Source of the DNA: Patescibacteria group bacterium | GTDB lineage: Bacteria; Patescibacteriota; Gracilibacteria; UBA4473 | Assembly (NCBI GenBank): GCA_965660445.1 | Contig: CBFIAK010000001.1 | Coordinates: forward strand, 64,001-128,000 | DNA: 64,000 nt | Reading direction: 5' to 3' | Shown: piece after piece, positions 50,656 through 59,314 of the stretch | Numbering within the stretch: the first letter of the stretch is position 1 | Layout: the number at the start of each line of letters is the position of its first letter | Notes under the pieces: model-generated | The model's input: only the letters and a program-made list of their open reading frames with translations | The model's database searches: none | Told to the model about the DNA's origin: nothing | Translations under genes and position numbers: made by a program

Positions 50656-51555
50656 ATGAAGCTCTATTCAATCGGTTTTGTTTTCGTGGGACTTTTTTTG
50701 AGTGGGTGTATGAACCCTGTTCATGAAACAATTCCGAAGCAAACAATTGATCCTCAAAAAACAGTTGTTCGTGGGAGTTGTGATGCTCGTGAAGAAAACA
50801 GTACGTGTATCGATTTTCTGGGAACTTCGTGGGACGAAAAAGATACGCAAGAACTTTGTCAGATGGGAGTATGGTCTCATACGCCTTGTTCAGCTACCGC
50901 CGTTGGGGGATGCGCAACGAGTAACCACAAAGAAGCGGGGATTATTATTTGGTACTACAGTGATGGAGAATCTGGGTATACAGGTGATGATCTCGGGTTC
51001 GCAAAACGAGCTTGTAGCGACGAAACACAAACATCTCAGTGGATTGAAGGGGTTCCTCAAATAATAGAAGCAGAAGAAGAACCAGAAGAAAACACTGAAA
51101 ACACAACACCAGAAGAAAACACCGCTTCATCTGATACAGAAACAATTACTGAAACCATTGATGAAACTCAACCAACAAGCCCTGTGCTTGAATCAACCAC
51201 CGATGAACGGATTGAAGTAGAGTTTCCACAAGCCAACGATACGATCTCAAACCCAGTTATAATTACAGGAAAGGCTCGTGGCGGATGGTTTTTTGAAGCA
51301 ACGTTTCCGATTGATATTGTAAACTGGAATGGACTTATTGTTGGCGAAGGATTCGCACAAGCACAAGGTGAATGGATGACGGAAGAATTTGTGCCATTTG
51401 AAGCAACGGTCTCATACGATATTGATCCGCAAACTCCTTATTCTCATGGATGGATTATTCTCAACCGACATAATGCATCTGGACTTCCAGAACACGCGGC
51501 GGCTATTGAAATTCCTGTTGTTTTTGAAAGTTTAGTGACCGAATCAGAAAAATAA
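50656..51555 (+). CDS. Lipoprotein with a Cys-rich domain, acidic linker and Gmad2-like Ig domain
   Basis: Lipobox LSGC. C-terminal P..N..ISNP..ITGKARGGWFFEATFPI...GEWMT..FVPF..NASG pattern. Confidence 0.7.
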   Translation: MKLYSIGFVFVGLFLSGCMNPVHETIPKQTIDPQKTVVRGSCDAREENSTCIDFLGTSWDEKDTQELCQMGVWSHTPCSATAVGGCATSNHKEAGIIIWYYSDGESGYTGDDLGFAKRACSDETQTSQWIEGVPQIIEAEEEPEENTENTTPEENTASSDTETITETIDETQPTSPVLESTTDERIEVEFPQANDTISNPVIITGKARGGWFFEATFPIDIVNWNGLIVGEGFAQAQGEWMTEEFVPFEATVSYDIDPQTPYSHGWIILNRHNASGLPEHAAAIEIPVVFESLVTESEK

Positions 51556-51599
51556 CTTGACCATTTCTTTCGGATTCTTAAGATAAACAAGCTTATTTC

Positions 51600-51674
51600 T
51601 GGGGATTAGCCAAGTGGTAAGGCACCGGGTTTTGGTCCCGGCATTCGGGGGTTCGAATCCCTCATCCCCAGCCA
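51600..51674 (+). tRNA. tRNA-Gln(TTG)
   Basis: TGGGGAT acceptor stem, CCGGG-TTTTGGT-CCCGG anticodon arm, T-arm and CCA. Confidence 0.97.
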
Positions 51675-51968
51675 GTTAGGTCTAGTACATAAAGTCAAGG
51701 CAATAGATACTAGACCCTAAGACGCAGCCAAAATTTTCAATATGCGTCGGATAACTTTGTCGCTACGATTTTCGCTTGCTCATGTACCATTGAGAGGTAC
51801 ATTCGCTTCGTCTCAAATCTAAGCTCCTCATTCTCCTTGCATCTTGAAAATTTACACGTTGAGACGAAAGACTTAAGCCCGAAATTCCCAGCCACATTTC
51901 CCAATAACACATCGAACTTGTTCCTATGTGCTTCACTTGAGCGAAGCAGTATTTTAAGAGAACCACAC

Positions 51969-53114
51969 TCACTCATATCTCTCATTTTCAAACTCATCTG
52001 ATATTCGATACCGAAACAGGTCATACAGAAGGTGTATCGGAGATCGAACAAGGTGATTGAATGATTGTTGGGCTATGCCTTTCAAAAAGTGTTCGACTTC
52101 TTCAGGATACAATGTGGTTACAATTCGATCTTTTTCGTTCAGCAAAAGAAGGTGATTGTGTTTGTTTTTTCGTACAAAATATTTTCCCTGAAAAGCAGGA
52201 ATCACAAAGTTCTGTTTTTTTATCTCATCAGAACTGTCATCGGTTGGAATCTCTTTCTGATTCAAACTATCAGTGAAATATAAAAAATTATTATTCGTTT
52301 TTACATCTTGAACTCCGTTTCGTTCTTCTTCCGTTGTGTGGTCTTCTATCCAAGTAATAACTTCTTGTATTCGGTCTTTGAACTGCTCTTTTGTTTCTGA
52401 TATTTCCTCTGCATACTGAAGAAGCACTTCCAGAAACAAGGTTTCACCGTCTTGTTTTAAATATATACCTTCTTGCAACTGAGAAAAAGCCGGACGCATC
52501 TGAACGGTATTTCCAAAAGGGTCTTGTGTCGGGTATGGAGTTTTGTCTTCTCTCGTAATCCAAGAATCTAAATGTGTATTTTTATCCATACGCGTATACA
52601 TATTTCGTTTATCAGGAGTCTCGTATTCCCAACCGTATACTCTTTTATCAACCCATATATTTTTTTTCTTTTCGAGTATATACAAACTCAAAGCTTCTAA
52701 AAACACAAGCGGGTTCTCAAACCCTATATCCCGAAAAACAGTCCAAAACTCTTTTGGAGACAAAACTTTTGACGGAAAATATCCACTCGTAAGAAGTGCA
52801 TCATCTGTACTACACGGGATAACTTTTTTATCTCCATGGGTATCAATAATCCATTCTTTTTCTTGGGGATCCGTGCAAAGCGTTTCTATTGTTTCTGTAT
52901 ATTGTGACCGTACTTCTTCAGGAATATTTTCAAAGTATCCTGCGTGTTTTAGGTCTCGTAAACGCGACTGAACATCGTCTTGATACACCATGCCTACAGT
53001 CTGTAATGCCCCATCATCAATAATTTTTTCAACTCGTTCTTTTAGAAACGACTGTTCAAGCTTGTCATACGAAGGTGCATCAAGTACATATTTTTTCATG
53101 TATATAAAATACAT
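51969..53114 (-). CDS. Hypothetical protein
   Basis: 381 aa uninterrupted ORF. No motif recognised. The start may be at MKKYV. Confidence 0.6.
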   Translation of the reverse strand: MYFIYMKKYVLDAPSYDKLEQSFLKERVEKIIDDGALQTVGMVYQDDVQSRLRDLKHAGYFENIPEEVRSQYTETIETLCTDPQEKEWIIDTHGDKKVIPCSTDDALLTSGYFPSKVLSPKEFWTVFRDIGFENPLVFLEALSLYILEKKKNIWVDKRVYGWEYETPDKRNMYTRMDKNTHLDSWITREDKTPYPTQDPFGNTVQMRPAFSQLQEGIYLKQDGETLFLEVLLQYAEEISETKEQFKDRIQEVITWIEDHTTEEERNGVQDVKTNNNFLYFTDSLNQKEIPTDDSSDEIKKQNFVIPAFQGKYFVRKNKHNHLLLLNEKDRIVTTLYPEEVEHFLKGIAQQSFNHLVRSPIHLLYDLFRYRISDEFENERYE

Positions 53115-53176
53115 AATTATGACATTTCAACAACTGTTTTCTTGTATTGCGAATATATTAGTCGTATATTGAATAT

Positions 53177-53455
53177 ATGAATAATCCTTCAATGTTTGCA
53201 TTAGTTATATTATCTATATTATCAATCATAATATCAATGTTAATAGCTTATTATAGTTGGTATAGAAATAGATCTGTATTTAAAATAGAGCACGGTACAT
53301 ACTTTTTACACCCAGGTAGTCAAGAAAATAAAAATTGTAATGAAAAACTCGAAGAAAAACTTAGCTCTGGTCAGTATATGATTCTCTCAACTAATCCGCA
53401 TCAAGATAAAGGACCCATTGGGTATGACATTTTACTTGCAAAAATAAAAAAATAG
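53177..53455 (+). CDS. Hypothetical small membrane-anchored protein
   Basis: 92 aa with an N-terminal TM helix. Confidence 0.5.
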   Translation: MNNPSMFALVILSILSIIISMLIAYYSWYRNRSVFKIEHGTYFLHPGSQENKNCNEKLEEKLSSGQYMILSTNPHQDKGPIGYDILLAKIKK

Positions 53456-53468
53456 AAAACTACATTGA

Positions 53469-54179
53469 TTAATAAGAAGAAAAACGCAGTTCAAGTTGTT
53501 CTTTAATGACTTTCCAATTGTGACATCTTGAAGTCAAAAATCGGTAATATTCAGGACTATGATTTTGATATTTCATATGGCAAAGTTCATGCGTAATCAC
53601 ATAATCAATGCATTCTTTAGAAGCCTTTATAAGTTCTGGATTGAGTAAAACCTTTTTTTTCGTCAAAAAACTTCCCCAACGTTTTGGCATTTTTCGGATA
53701 GAAAGCTCCGGAGTAAAATCGTAATTGAATTTCTTTAACATCTGTCGATATCGCTCTTCAAATATTGATTGAGCTCTTTCTTCGTACCATTTGTCGAGCA
53801 ATTCCTTATTTCTGTGAGAATCTGTTACCGATCCGATCGTATGGAGAATTATTTTTCCACTTTCAAAATAAACCTGATCTTGGTCTGATTTTTCCACAAC
53901 AAGCTTGTACTGTCGCCCAAGGTATAACAAAGATTCTCCAGAGATATACTCCTTATTTTTATTGCTCCTCTGCAGTCTTTTGATGTCTTTTACTTGAGCT
54001 GTAATCCAACCACATTTTCGTGTCAAAAAGTTGATAATCTTATCTTCGGGGTGACCATTCGGAACATATAAAACAATCTTCAAATTCGGATACACAGTAA
54101 GGCGAAGCGTTTTCCGCTCCTCTCTGACCAAATAGTATTGGTATTTATAGTCTCCGTAATGAAAGGGTGTTGGTTCCAT
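53469..54179 (-). CDS. YgjP/DUF45-like zinc metalloprotease associated with type I RM
   Basis: SGESLLYLG, MPKRWGS and DYVITHELCH (HExxH) motifs. Translationally coupled to hsdR. Confidence 0.88.
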   Translation of the reverse strand: MEPTPFHYGDYKYQYYLVREERKTLRLTVYPNLKIVLYVPNGHPEDKIINFLTRKCGWITAQVKDIKRLQRSNKNKEYISGESLLYLGRQYKLVVEKSDQDQVYFESGKIILHTIGSVTDSHRNKELLDKWYEERAQSIFEERYRQMLKKFNYDFTPELSIRKMPKRWGSFLTKKKVLLNPELIKASKECIDYVITHELCHMKYQNHSPEYYRFLTSRCHNWKVIKEQLELRFSSY

Positions 54180-57100
54180 TAGAATAATTCGTGGTTTTCG
54201 AGTGCCAAACTAATGACTAAATCAAGGATGGAAGCAAGTTCTTCATGAGTAAGATCTAAATCCATATTGAGTTTCACTTCATCGTACAGATAGTCATCAA
54301 TCTTATTCTTAATAATTCTTTGGGTGTCAGATTGTTTGTGCCAGTCAATAATGGTTTCTTTTTTGAGTATCCCAAATACGTCCAAAATAATCTTACATAC
54401 TTGTTCATCATTGAGTCCCAATGCTACAAATCGATCCTTTAAATTTCTGTAAAAAATATCTGCTCCTTTGGCATTTTGTAAGATTTCAGGCAATTGATCA
54501 TCTTCTTTATTAACCATTTTCTCCCGAGCCTCTCTTAGTCTTTTAAGAGCTTCTATGTCTGCCATTTTACCCTCCCGCATTTTTTTCAAAATATCTTGAA
54601 TCTTATCTGAAAATCTTCGGTAAAATTCAGGATCGGTATCTGCCTTTTCGGTAATGGTTCGTTGCATTTGTGAGGCAATCGCTTCGGCTTTTGATTTTGG
54701 CGTCCCTAATGTTTCAAGAGCTTGCTCAAAAGCCTCTGAATCATTTATATTTATCGGTTCAGTGAGCAATTCTACTTTATCGGCATCAATGTATTCATCT
54801 AAAATCTTAACCAGTTGTTTCTTGTATTCAGAAAGGTCTTTTCTATCTGCAAATTTAATCTGACTTGATTTTCGGAGTTCTGCATATCTCTTGAGTTCGA
54901 GCTTATAGGTATCAATGTGTAGGAACCGTGCCGAAAAATCAGGCAATGACATACATTCATCTAGATTTCGAATGAAAGCATTAAAAAGGCTATAAAAATC
55001 ATTTCGTCGTTGTTCTCCTGCTTCCTCAGTGCCCAAAAACTCTAGATAGCTCTCTGTGTCTTTTTTGTTTTTTACGGTCTTAAAGTGCCCTTCAAGATTT
55101 GAATACGCTTGTTCTAGTTCGGATATCTTTTGAGTGGTATCGATCAATGTTCCTTTTACGTCTTCTTCATCAAAGTTCCCAAAGAGTTCCATTGCTGACT
55201 TAATATTCTGGGCATTCTCTGAATAGTCGATGATAAACCCTGCCGTTTTCGGCTTGTCTTTGTTTTCATAGAGTCGATTTACTCGAGCGATAGCCTGCAA
55301 AAGGTTGTGATCTTTGAGGTCTTTGGTGAGGTAAAGTACCGTATTTCGTGGAGCATCAAATCCAGTCAGAAGTTTGTCTACTACAATCAATATTTCAATT
55401 CCATCTGGATCATTTTTAAAGCTTTCTGTGACAGCTTTTTCATAACTCTCTAAATCTCTGTAGTCAGATGATTTTTTCTTTAGGAAATCAGATACTTCTC
55501 GTTTGTGGCTATCGGTTTCATCATCGTGTGCTTGAGCTTCTGATATTACCACTGCAGTGCGGAGCCTTTGTCCTTCTTCGAATACTTTTTGAAACAGTAA
55601 GGCAGAATATTTTGAAGGAGCTACCAATTGAGCCTTGAGTCCTGTTCCTTGGAAATAACTTCGAAAGTGATCTTCGATATCATATGCAATCTCCGTAATC
55701 CGATGAGGATTGTTTTTGATTACTTTTTGATTAATAAATCGTTGTAAATCTTTTACCGAATCAGGATCAAGTCCTGCGGTGATTCGTTCTACATGACGAT
55801 CTACTTTCTCTTTATTCTGATTGAGTTCGGTATATCGCCCTTCATAGATTAAGGGTAGAACTATCCCGTCTTCGAGTGCATCATCAATCGTATATTTATC
55901 AATAAATCCACCAAAACGATTGTGCGATTTATCATTTTTGAGAAGTGGCGTTCCCGTAAACCCAATAAAACACGCATTTGGAATCATCCGTCGCATTTCT
56001 TCACTTGCCATTCCGTATTGTGTTCGATGGGCTTCATCAATAAGTACAAAGATATTTTCGTCTTTATCTGCAAAACTTCCTCGTTTTTTGCTGAGACTAT
56101 CAAATTTATGTACGAGAGATGTGATAACCGCAGGATTTTTTTCTTTCAGTAATTTTAAAAGTTGATTTCCATTCTTTGTTTTAATGACGTCCTTTTTGAG
56201 ATTACAGTTCTTGAACGTATTTGAAATCTGTCGATCCAAATCGACTCGATCGGTGATAATCAAAATTCGAGGATTGATGAGTTCTGGATTTTCGATCAAT
56301 GCTTTTACAAAAAGCACCATCGTTAAAGATTTCCCCGATCCCTGCGTATGCCAGACGATTCCTCCTTGTCTCTTTTCTCCCTCTACGCCCTTTTCTTTCA
56401 GAGAAACTCGTTTAAGCATTTTACTAATCGCAAAGTACTGCTGGTATCGAGCAATTTTCTTTGTCCCACCGTCAAAGAGCATAAAGTATCGTGTCAAATT
56501 GAGAAGCCGATCTGGTCGTAAAATACAGTACAGCGTACGATCTTGCTTGGTCGTCAGCCGATCTGTAAGCTGACGATGATTGAGGGTTACCCCATTCATA
56601 TCCGTGCACATGATTCTGTAAATTTCTGAGTCAATATGTGTATGGATATGTTTTTGGATTTCTGTATCAAGGACATCCAAATCAGTTTCTTTCTCTTTCC
56701 ACGAAGCATAAAACTTCGTCGGGGTTCCCGTCGTTCCGTATAAACATTCCTCCACATTGGTTCCGATCAAAAGCTGAGGATACACAAAGAATTTTGGTGA
56801 ATACTCCGGTTTTTGATTTCGGTTCATTTGATTGAGTGCGTCTTTTACTTCGGTGCCTGATTTTTTGTTTTCAATTACCACGAAAGGAATCCCGTTTACA
56901 TAACACACGATATCGGGACGAATATTTTCATTTTTCCCATTCACAGGTACTTCAACCGCTACATGAAAGCTATTGTTTTTTGGATTCTGGAAATCAATAA
57001 ATCGAAAGTTTTGTGAAGAAGGTTTTCCATCAATCATAACGGGGAAAGTTTTTCCGCCTTCGGTCATGATAAGGTGATAGACTTCTTTGGCGGTGTCTTG

Positions 57101-57364
57101 AAGCCCATGAACTTGGATGTTTTCAAGTTCTTCAATCGCATCCCACACATTCTTATCACTAAAAGGATATATCTCCCCTTTGTATTCAAAGTGATTGATT
57201 TTCTTCAGGCTTTCAAAGGCAATATTCTTGAGGATAAATTTTCCATTCTCTTCTCGGCGTTGCTTTTTGAGTTCTTCGCACGAGAGATACGTGTACCCCA
57301 TATTGATCAGGAGTTCTACGGCAGGGAGTTGGGATTGTCGGGCTTCGTCAAAATTAGCTTGCAT
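54179..57364 (-). CDS. hsdR: Type I restriction endonuclease subunit R
   Basis: RPDIV..VNGIP..VIENK nuclease motif, WHTQGSGKS, IDEAHR, GFTGTP, LLTGFDAP and QAIARVNR. Confidence 0.97.
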   Translation of the reverse strand: MQANFDEARQSQLPAVELLINMGYTYLSCEELKKQRREENGKFILKNIAFESLKKINHFEYKGEIYPFSDKNVWDAIEELENIQVHGLQDTAKEVYHLIMTEGGKTFPVMIDGKPSSQNFRFIDFQNPKNNSFHVAVEVPVNGKNENIRPDIVCYVNGIPFVVIENKKSGTEVKDALNQMNRNQKPEYSPKFFVYPQLLIGTNVEECLYGTTGTPTKFYASWKEKETDLDVLDTEIQKHIHTHIDSEIYRIMCTDMNGVTLNHRQLTDRLTTKQDRTLYCILRPDRLLNLTRYFMLFDGGTKKIARYQQYFAISKMLKRVSLKEKGVEGEKRQGGIVWHTQGSGKSLTMVLFVKALIENPELINPRILIITDRVDLDRQISNTFKNCNLKKDVIKTKNGNQLLKLLKEKNPAVITSLVHKFDSLSKKRGSFADKDENIFVLIDEAHRTQYGMASEEMRRMIPNACFIGFTGTPLLKNDKSHNRFGGFIDKYTIDDALEDGIVLPLIYEGRYTELNQNKEKVDRHVERITAGLDPDSVKDLQRFINQKVIKNNPHRITEIAYDIEDHFRSYFQGTGLKAQLVAPSKYSALLFQKVFEEGQRLRTAVVISEAQAHDDETDSHKREVSDFLKKKSSDYRDLESYEKAVTESFKNDPDGIEILIVVDKLLTGFDAPRNTVLYLTKDLKDHNLLQAIARVNRLYENKDKPKTAGFIIDYSENAQNIKSAMELFGNFDEEDVKGTLIDTTQKISELEQAYSNLEGHFKTVKNKKDTESYLEFLGTEEAGEQRRNDFYSLFNAFIRNLDECMSLPDFSARFLHIDTYKLELKRYAELRKSSQIKFADRKDLSEYKKQLVKILDEYIDADKVELLTEPININDSEAFEQALETLGTPKSKAEAIASQMQRTITEKADTDPEFYRRFSDKIQDILKKMREGKMADIEALKRLREAREKMVNKEDDQLPEILQNAKGADIFYRNLKDRFVALGLNDEQVCKIILDVFGILKKETIIDWHKQSDTQRIIKNKIDDYLYDEVKLNMDLDLTHEELASILDLVISLALENHELF

Positions 57365-57366
57365 AG

Positions 57367-57972
57367 TCAGATAGTGGTTATTTGTTCTAAAATATTAGCT
57401 TTCGGGTTTATCATATATTTCAAATATTCAATAATGATTTCCCGAATTTTTTCATGGTTGTAGGTCAGTATCTGTTCATAGTGAAAAATTCTATTTCGAA
57501 ATTTTCTTATACGATCAAGATCTGTAGATATTTGTCCGAATTTAATCTTTTTTGTATTCGGAAAAACATGTTTTAATGTTGAATTTTTCCAAATATCTTG
57601 AGCATAGGCTTTATCACAAAGAGATGTCCAAAATCCAAAATTTAATTCCGATATCATTGTATCAACATTTAAATCTTTTTTATCTGCTAATATACGCTCA
57701 TATGCTTGCTCTAATTTTCCTTTATGTCTTGCATGTAAAACATTATTTGCAAAATAAGAAGAAGGGGCATACCAATCTTCCCAATTTTTATTGAGATGTT
57801 TTGCTATTTTATTTCGTAAGATTATTTCTGTAAAATGCATTAAATGATAGAATTTCTGTGATATTCGTATATTTTTTGTATAAACTTCAAATGGAGATAC
57901 TCCAGATTCTTCAGCTTTTCTAATGTAGAATTCGGCTCTTTTCTCTGATATTAATTTCTGTAAATCTTTCAT
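57367..57972 (-). CDS. Abi-like (Abi_2/AbiF-related) HEPN ribonuclease
   Basis: EIILRN, LNFGFW and RKFRNRIFHYE (RxxxxH HEPN motif). Confidence 0.8.
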   Translation of the reverse strand: MKDLQKLISEKRAEFYIRKAEESGVSPFEVYTKNIRISQKFYHLMHFTEIILRNKIAKHLNKNWEDWYAPSSYFANNVLHARHKGKLEQAYERILADKKDLNVDTMISELNFGFWTSLCDKAYAQDIWKNSTLKHVFPNTKKIKFGQISTDLDRIRKFRNRIFHYEQILTYNHEKIREIIIEYLKYMINPKANILEQITTI

Positions 57973-58000
57973 TAAATTAAGTGATAAATTCTATAAAACT

Positions 58001-58029
58001 TTGACAACTTAGAATATTTTTCATATAAT
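58001..58029 (+). promoter_or_regulatory. Consensus sigma70 promoter, antisense to the RM operon
   Basis: TTGACA (58001-58006), 17 bp spacer, TATAAT (58024-58029). Confidence 0.85.
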
Positions 58030-58035
58030 AAGCTT

Positions 58036-58123
58036 AGCATAATCCAGGATTCTTCCTTGCAAATAGCCTCTTGGGGGCTTAAAATAGCCCAAGTTCTCAT
58101 CGCAATAGATACCTGGATTTTTT
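58036..58123 (+). ncRNA. Candidate structured small RNA (putative RNA antitoxin)
   Basis: Follows the perfect promoter. Closing stem AATCCAGG/CCTGGATT plus a T-run, inner TTGC/GCAA and GGGCT-TAAAAT-AGCCC. No ORF. Confidence 0.6.
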
Positions 58124-58129
58124 GTATGT

Positions 58130-59314
58130 TCATTGTTTTGGCATGGTTAGATTTTCGGGAGTTCGAATCTGTCCTGTGATCAGGTTATTGAGCAGATATT
58201 TTTTTTGATCTTCGAGTATTTGTTTTTTCTTTTCGAGGGCGGTGATTTCTTCATCAACTGTCGTGAGGATTTGAGCAATGGCAGTTTGTTCTTCTATATC
58301 AGGCAATTTAATAGTCAAGTATTGATATTCAGATAGATATTTCCGCTTGTGTTCACCTACTATAAAATTTACAAGTTGCATTCTCTCGTAGATAAATTTG
58401 ATATTAAATTTTGAATTGTCCTTTGATCGTAAAAGTTTCATTGCTGATGATTTCACCTTGAACTCAAAATCAACAAACTTATTCGCTGTAGTGAAATCAT
58501 CAAAAATAATTACAGGCAAATTTGTACAGATGCCATCTGTTTCATTTGTGTAGCCAAGAATAAAGCTTTTTCCAGCAGTTAGCACAGGCGTTTTATTTAA
58601 GTCATCATATTGATCACTATCTACTATGTATTTCTGAGGTTGTTCATAACCTAAAACCTCTCCAAGTTCATAGTTTCTCCACTCATCATTAAATCCCTTC
58701 AATCGCCTTTTCCCCGTCAACAACTCCTGCATCAATCCTTTTTTGATGTTTTTCTTGAGTTCGATTTTTCGCGTGAGTTTTTCGATGGATTTGTCCCATG
58801 TTTCGAGGATTGTGACGATGCGGTGTTGTTCGGGGATAGGTGGGACTTTTATTGTTGTGTCTTGAATTTTTGTTGGAGAAGTGTGTCGTACTTTTGTTCC
58901 AGATGCAGTTGCAGATATCTCACTTCTGAATCTCTTCGTCTTGAACGCAAAAAACAAAAACTCTTTGATGCAATTCTTTTTTATTTCAACTAATCCCAGA
59001 CGTTGATTATGTAGAAAGCGATTACTATCAGGTATTATGGCAGCACTCCCCAAAAGTCCTTCCTTTTGCTCGGTCATGGCAATTATTACATCACCCTTAT
59101 TTAAAAGGTATTGCTTCGGGAATTCTCCTGTATAAAATCGATCTTTTTCTCCCCTAAACTTAAAGCCGCCTTCTTCGTAAAAATTCCCTGGAGTTAATAA
59201 TATAAAATCACCTCTTTCTGAAAAAAACTGGCTAGAAAAGGCAAAACCATGCTTAATTTCAATAAGCTCTCCTAATTTCACCTGTTTCCAATCTGTCGGA
59301 ATGGGGTTATTCAT
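58130..59314 (-). CDS. hsdS: Type I RM specificity subunit S
   Basis: Two TRDs with conserved helices (PPIPEQHRI..KKGLMQELLTG; LPDIEEQTAI..KKYLLNNLITG). Confidence 0.95.
   Translation of the reverse strand: MNNPIPTDWKQVKLGELIEIKHGFAFSSQFFSERGDFILLTPGNFYEEGGFKFRGEKDRFYTGEFPKQYLLNKGDVIIAMTEQKEGLLGSAAIIPDSNRFLHNQRLGLVEIKKNCIKEFLFFAFKTKRFRSEISATASGTKVRHTSPTKIQDTTIKVPPIPEQHRIVTILETWDKSIEKLTRKIELKKNIKKGLMQELLTGKRRLKGFNDEWRNYELGEVLGYEQPQKYIVDSDQYDDLNKTPVLTAGKSFILGYTNETDGICTNLPVIIFDDFTTANKFVDFEFKVKSSAMKLLRSKDNSKFNIKFIYERMQLVNFIVGEHKRKYLSEYQYLTIKLPDIEEQTAIAQILTTVDEEITALEKKKQILEDQKKYLLNNLITGQIRTPENLTMPKQ

Noticed and set aside
51737-52051. 104-aa minus-strand ORF next to tRNA-Gln
   Set aside because: It overlaps the 3' end of the 381-aa gene, has no motif, and has no integrase features.
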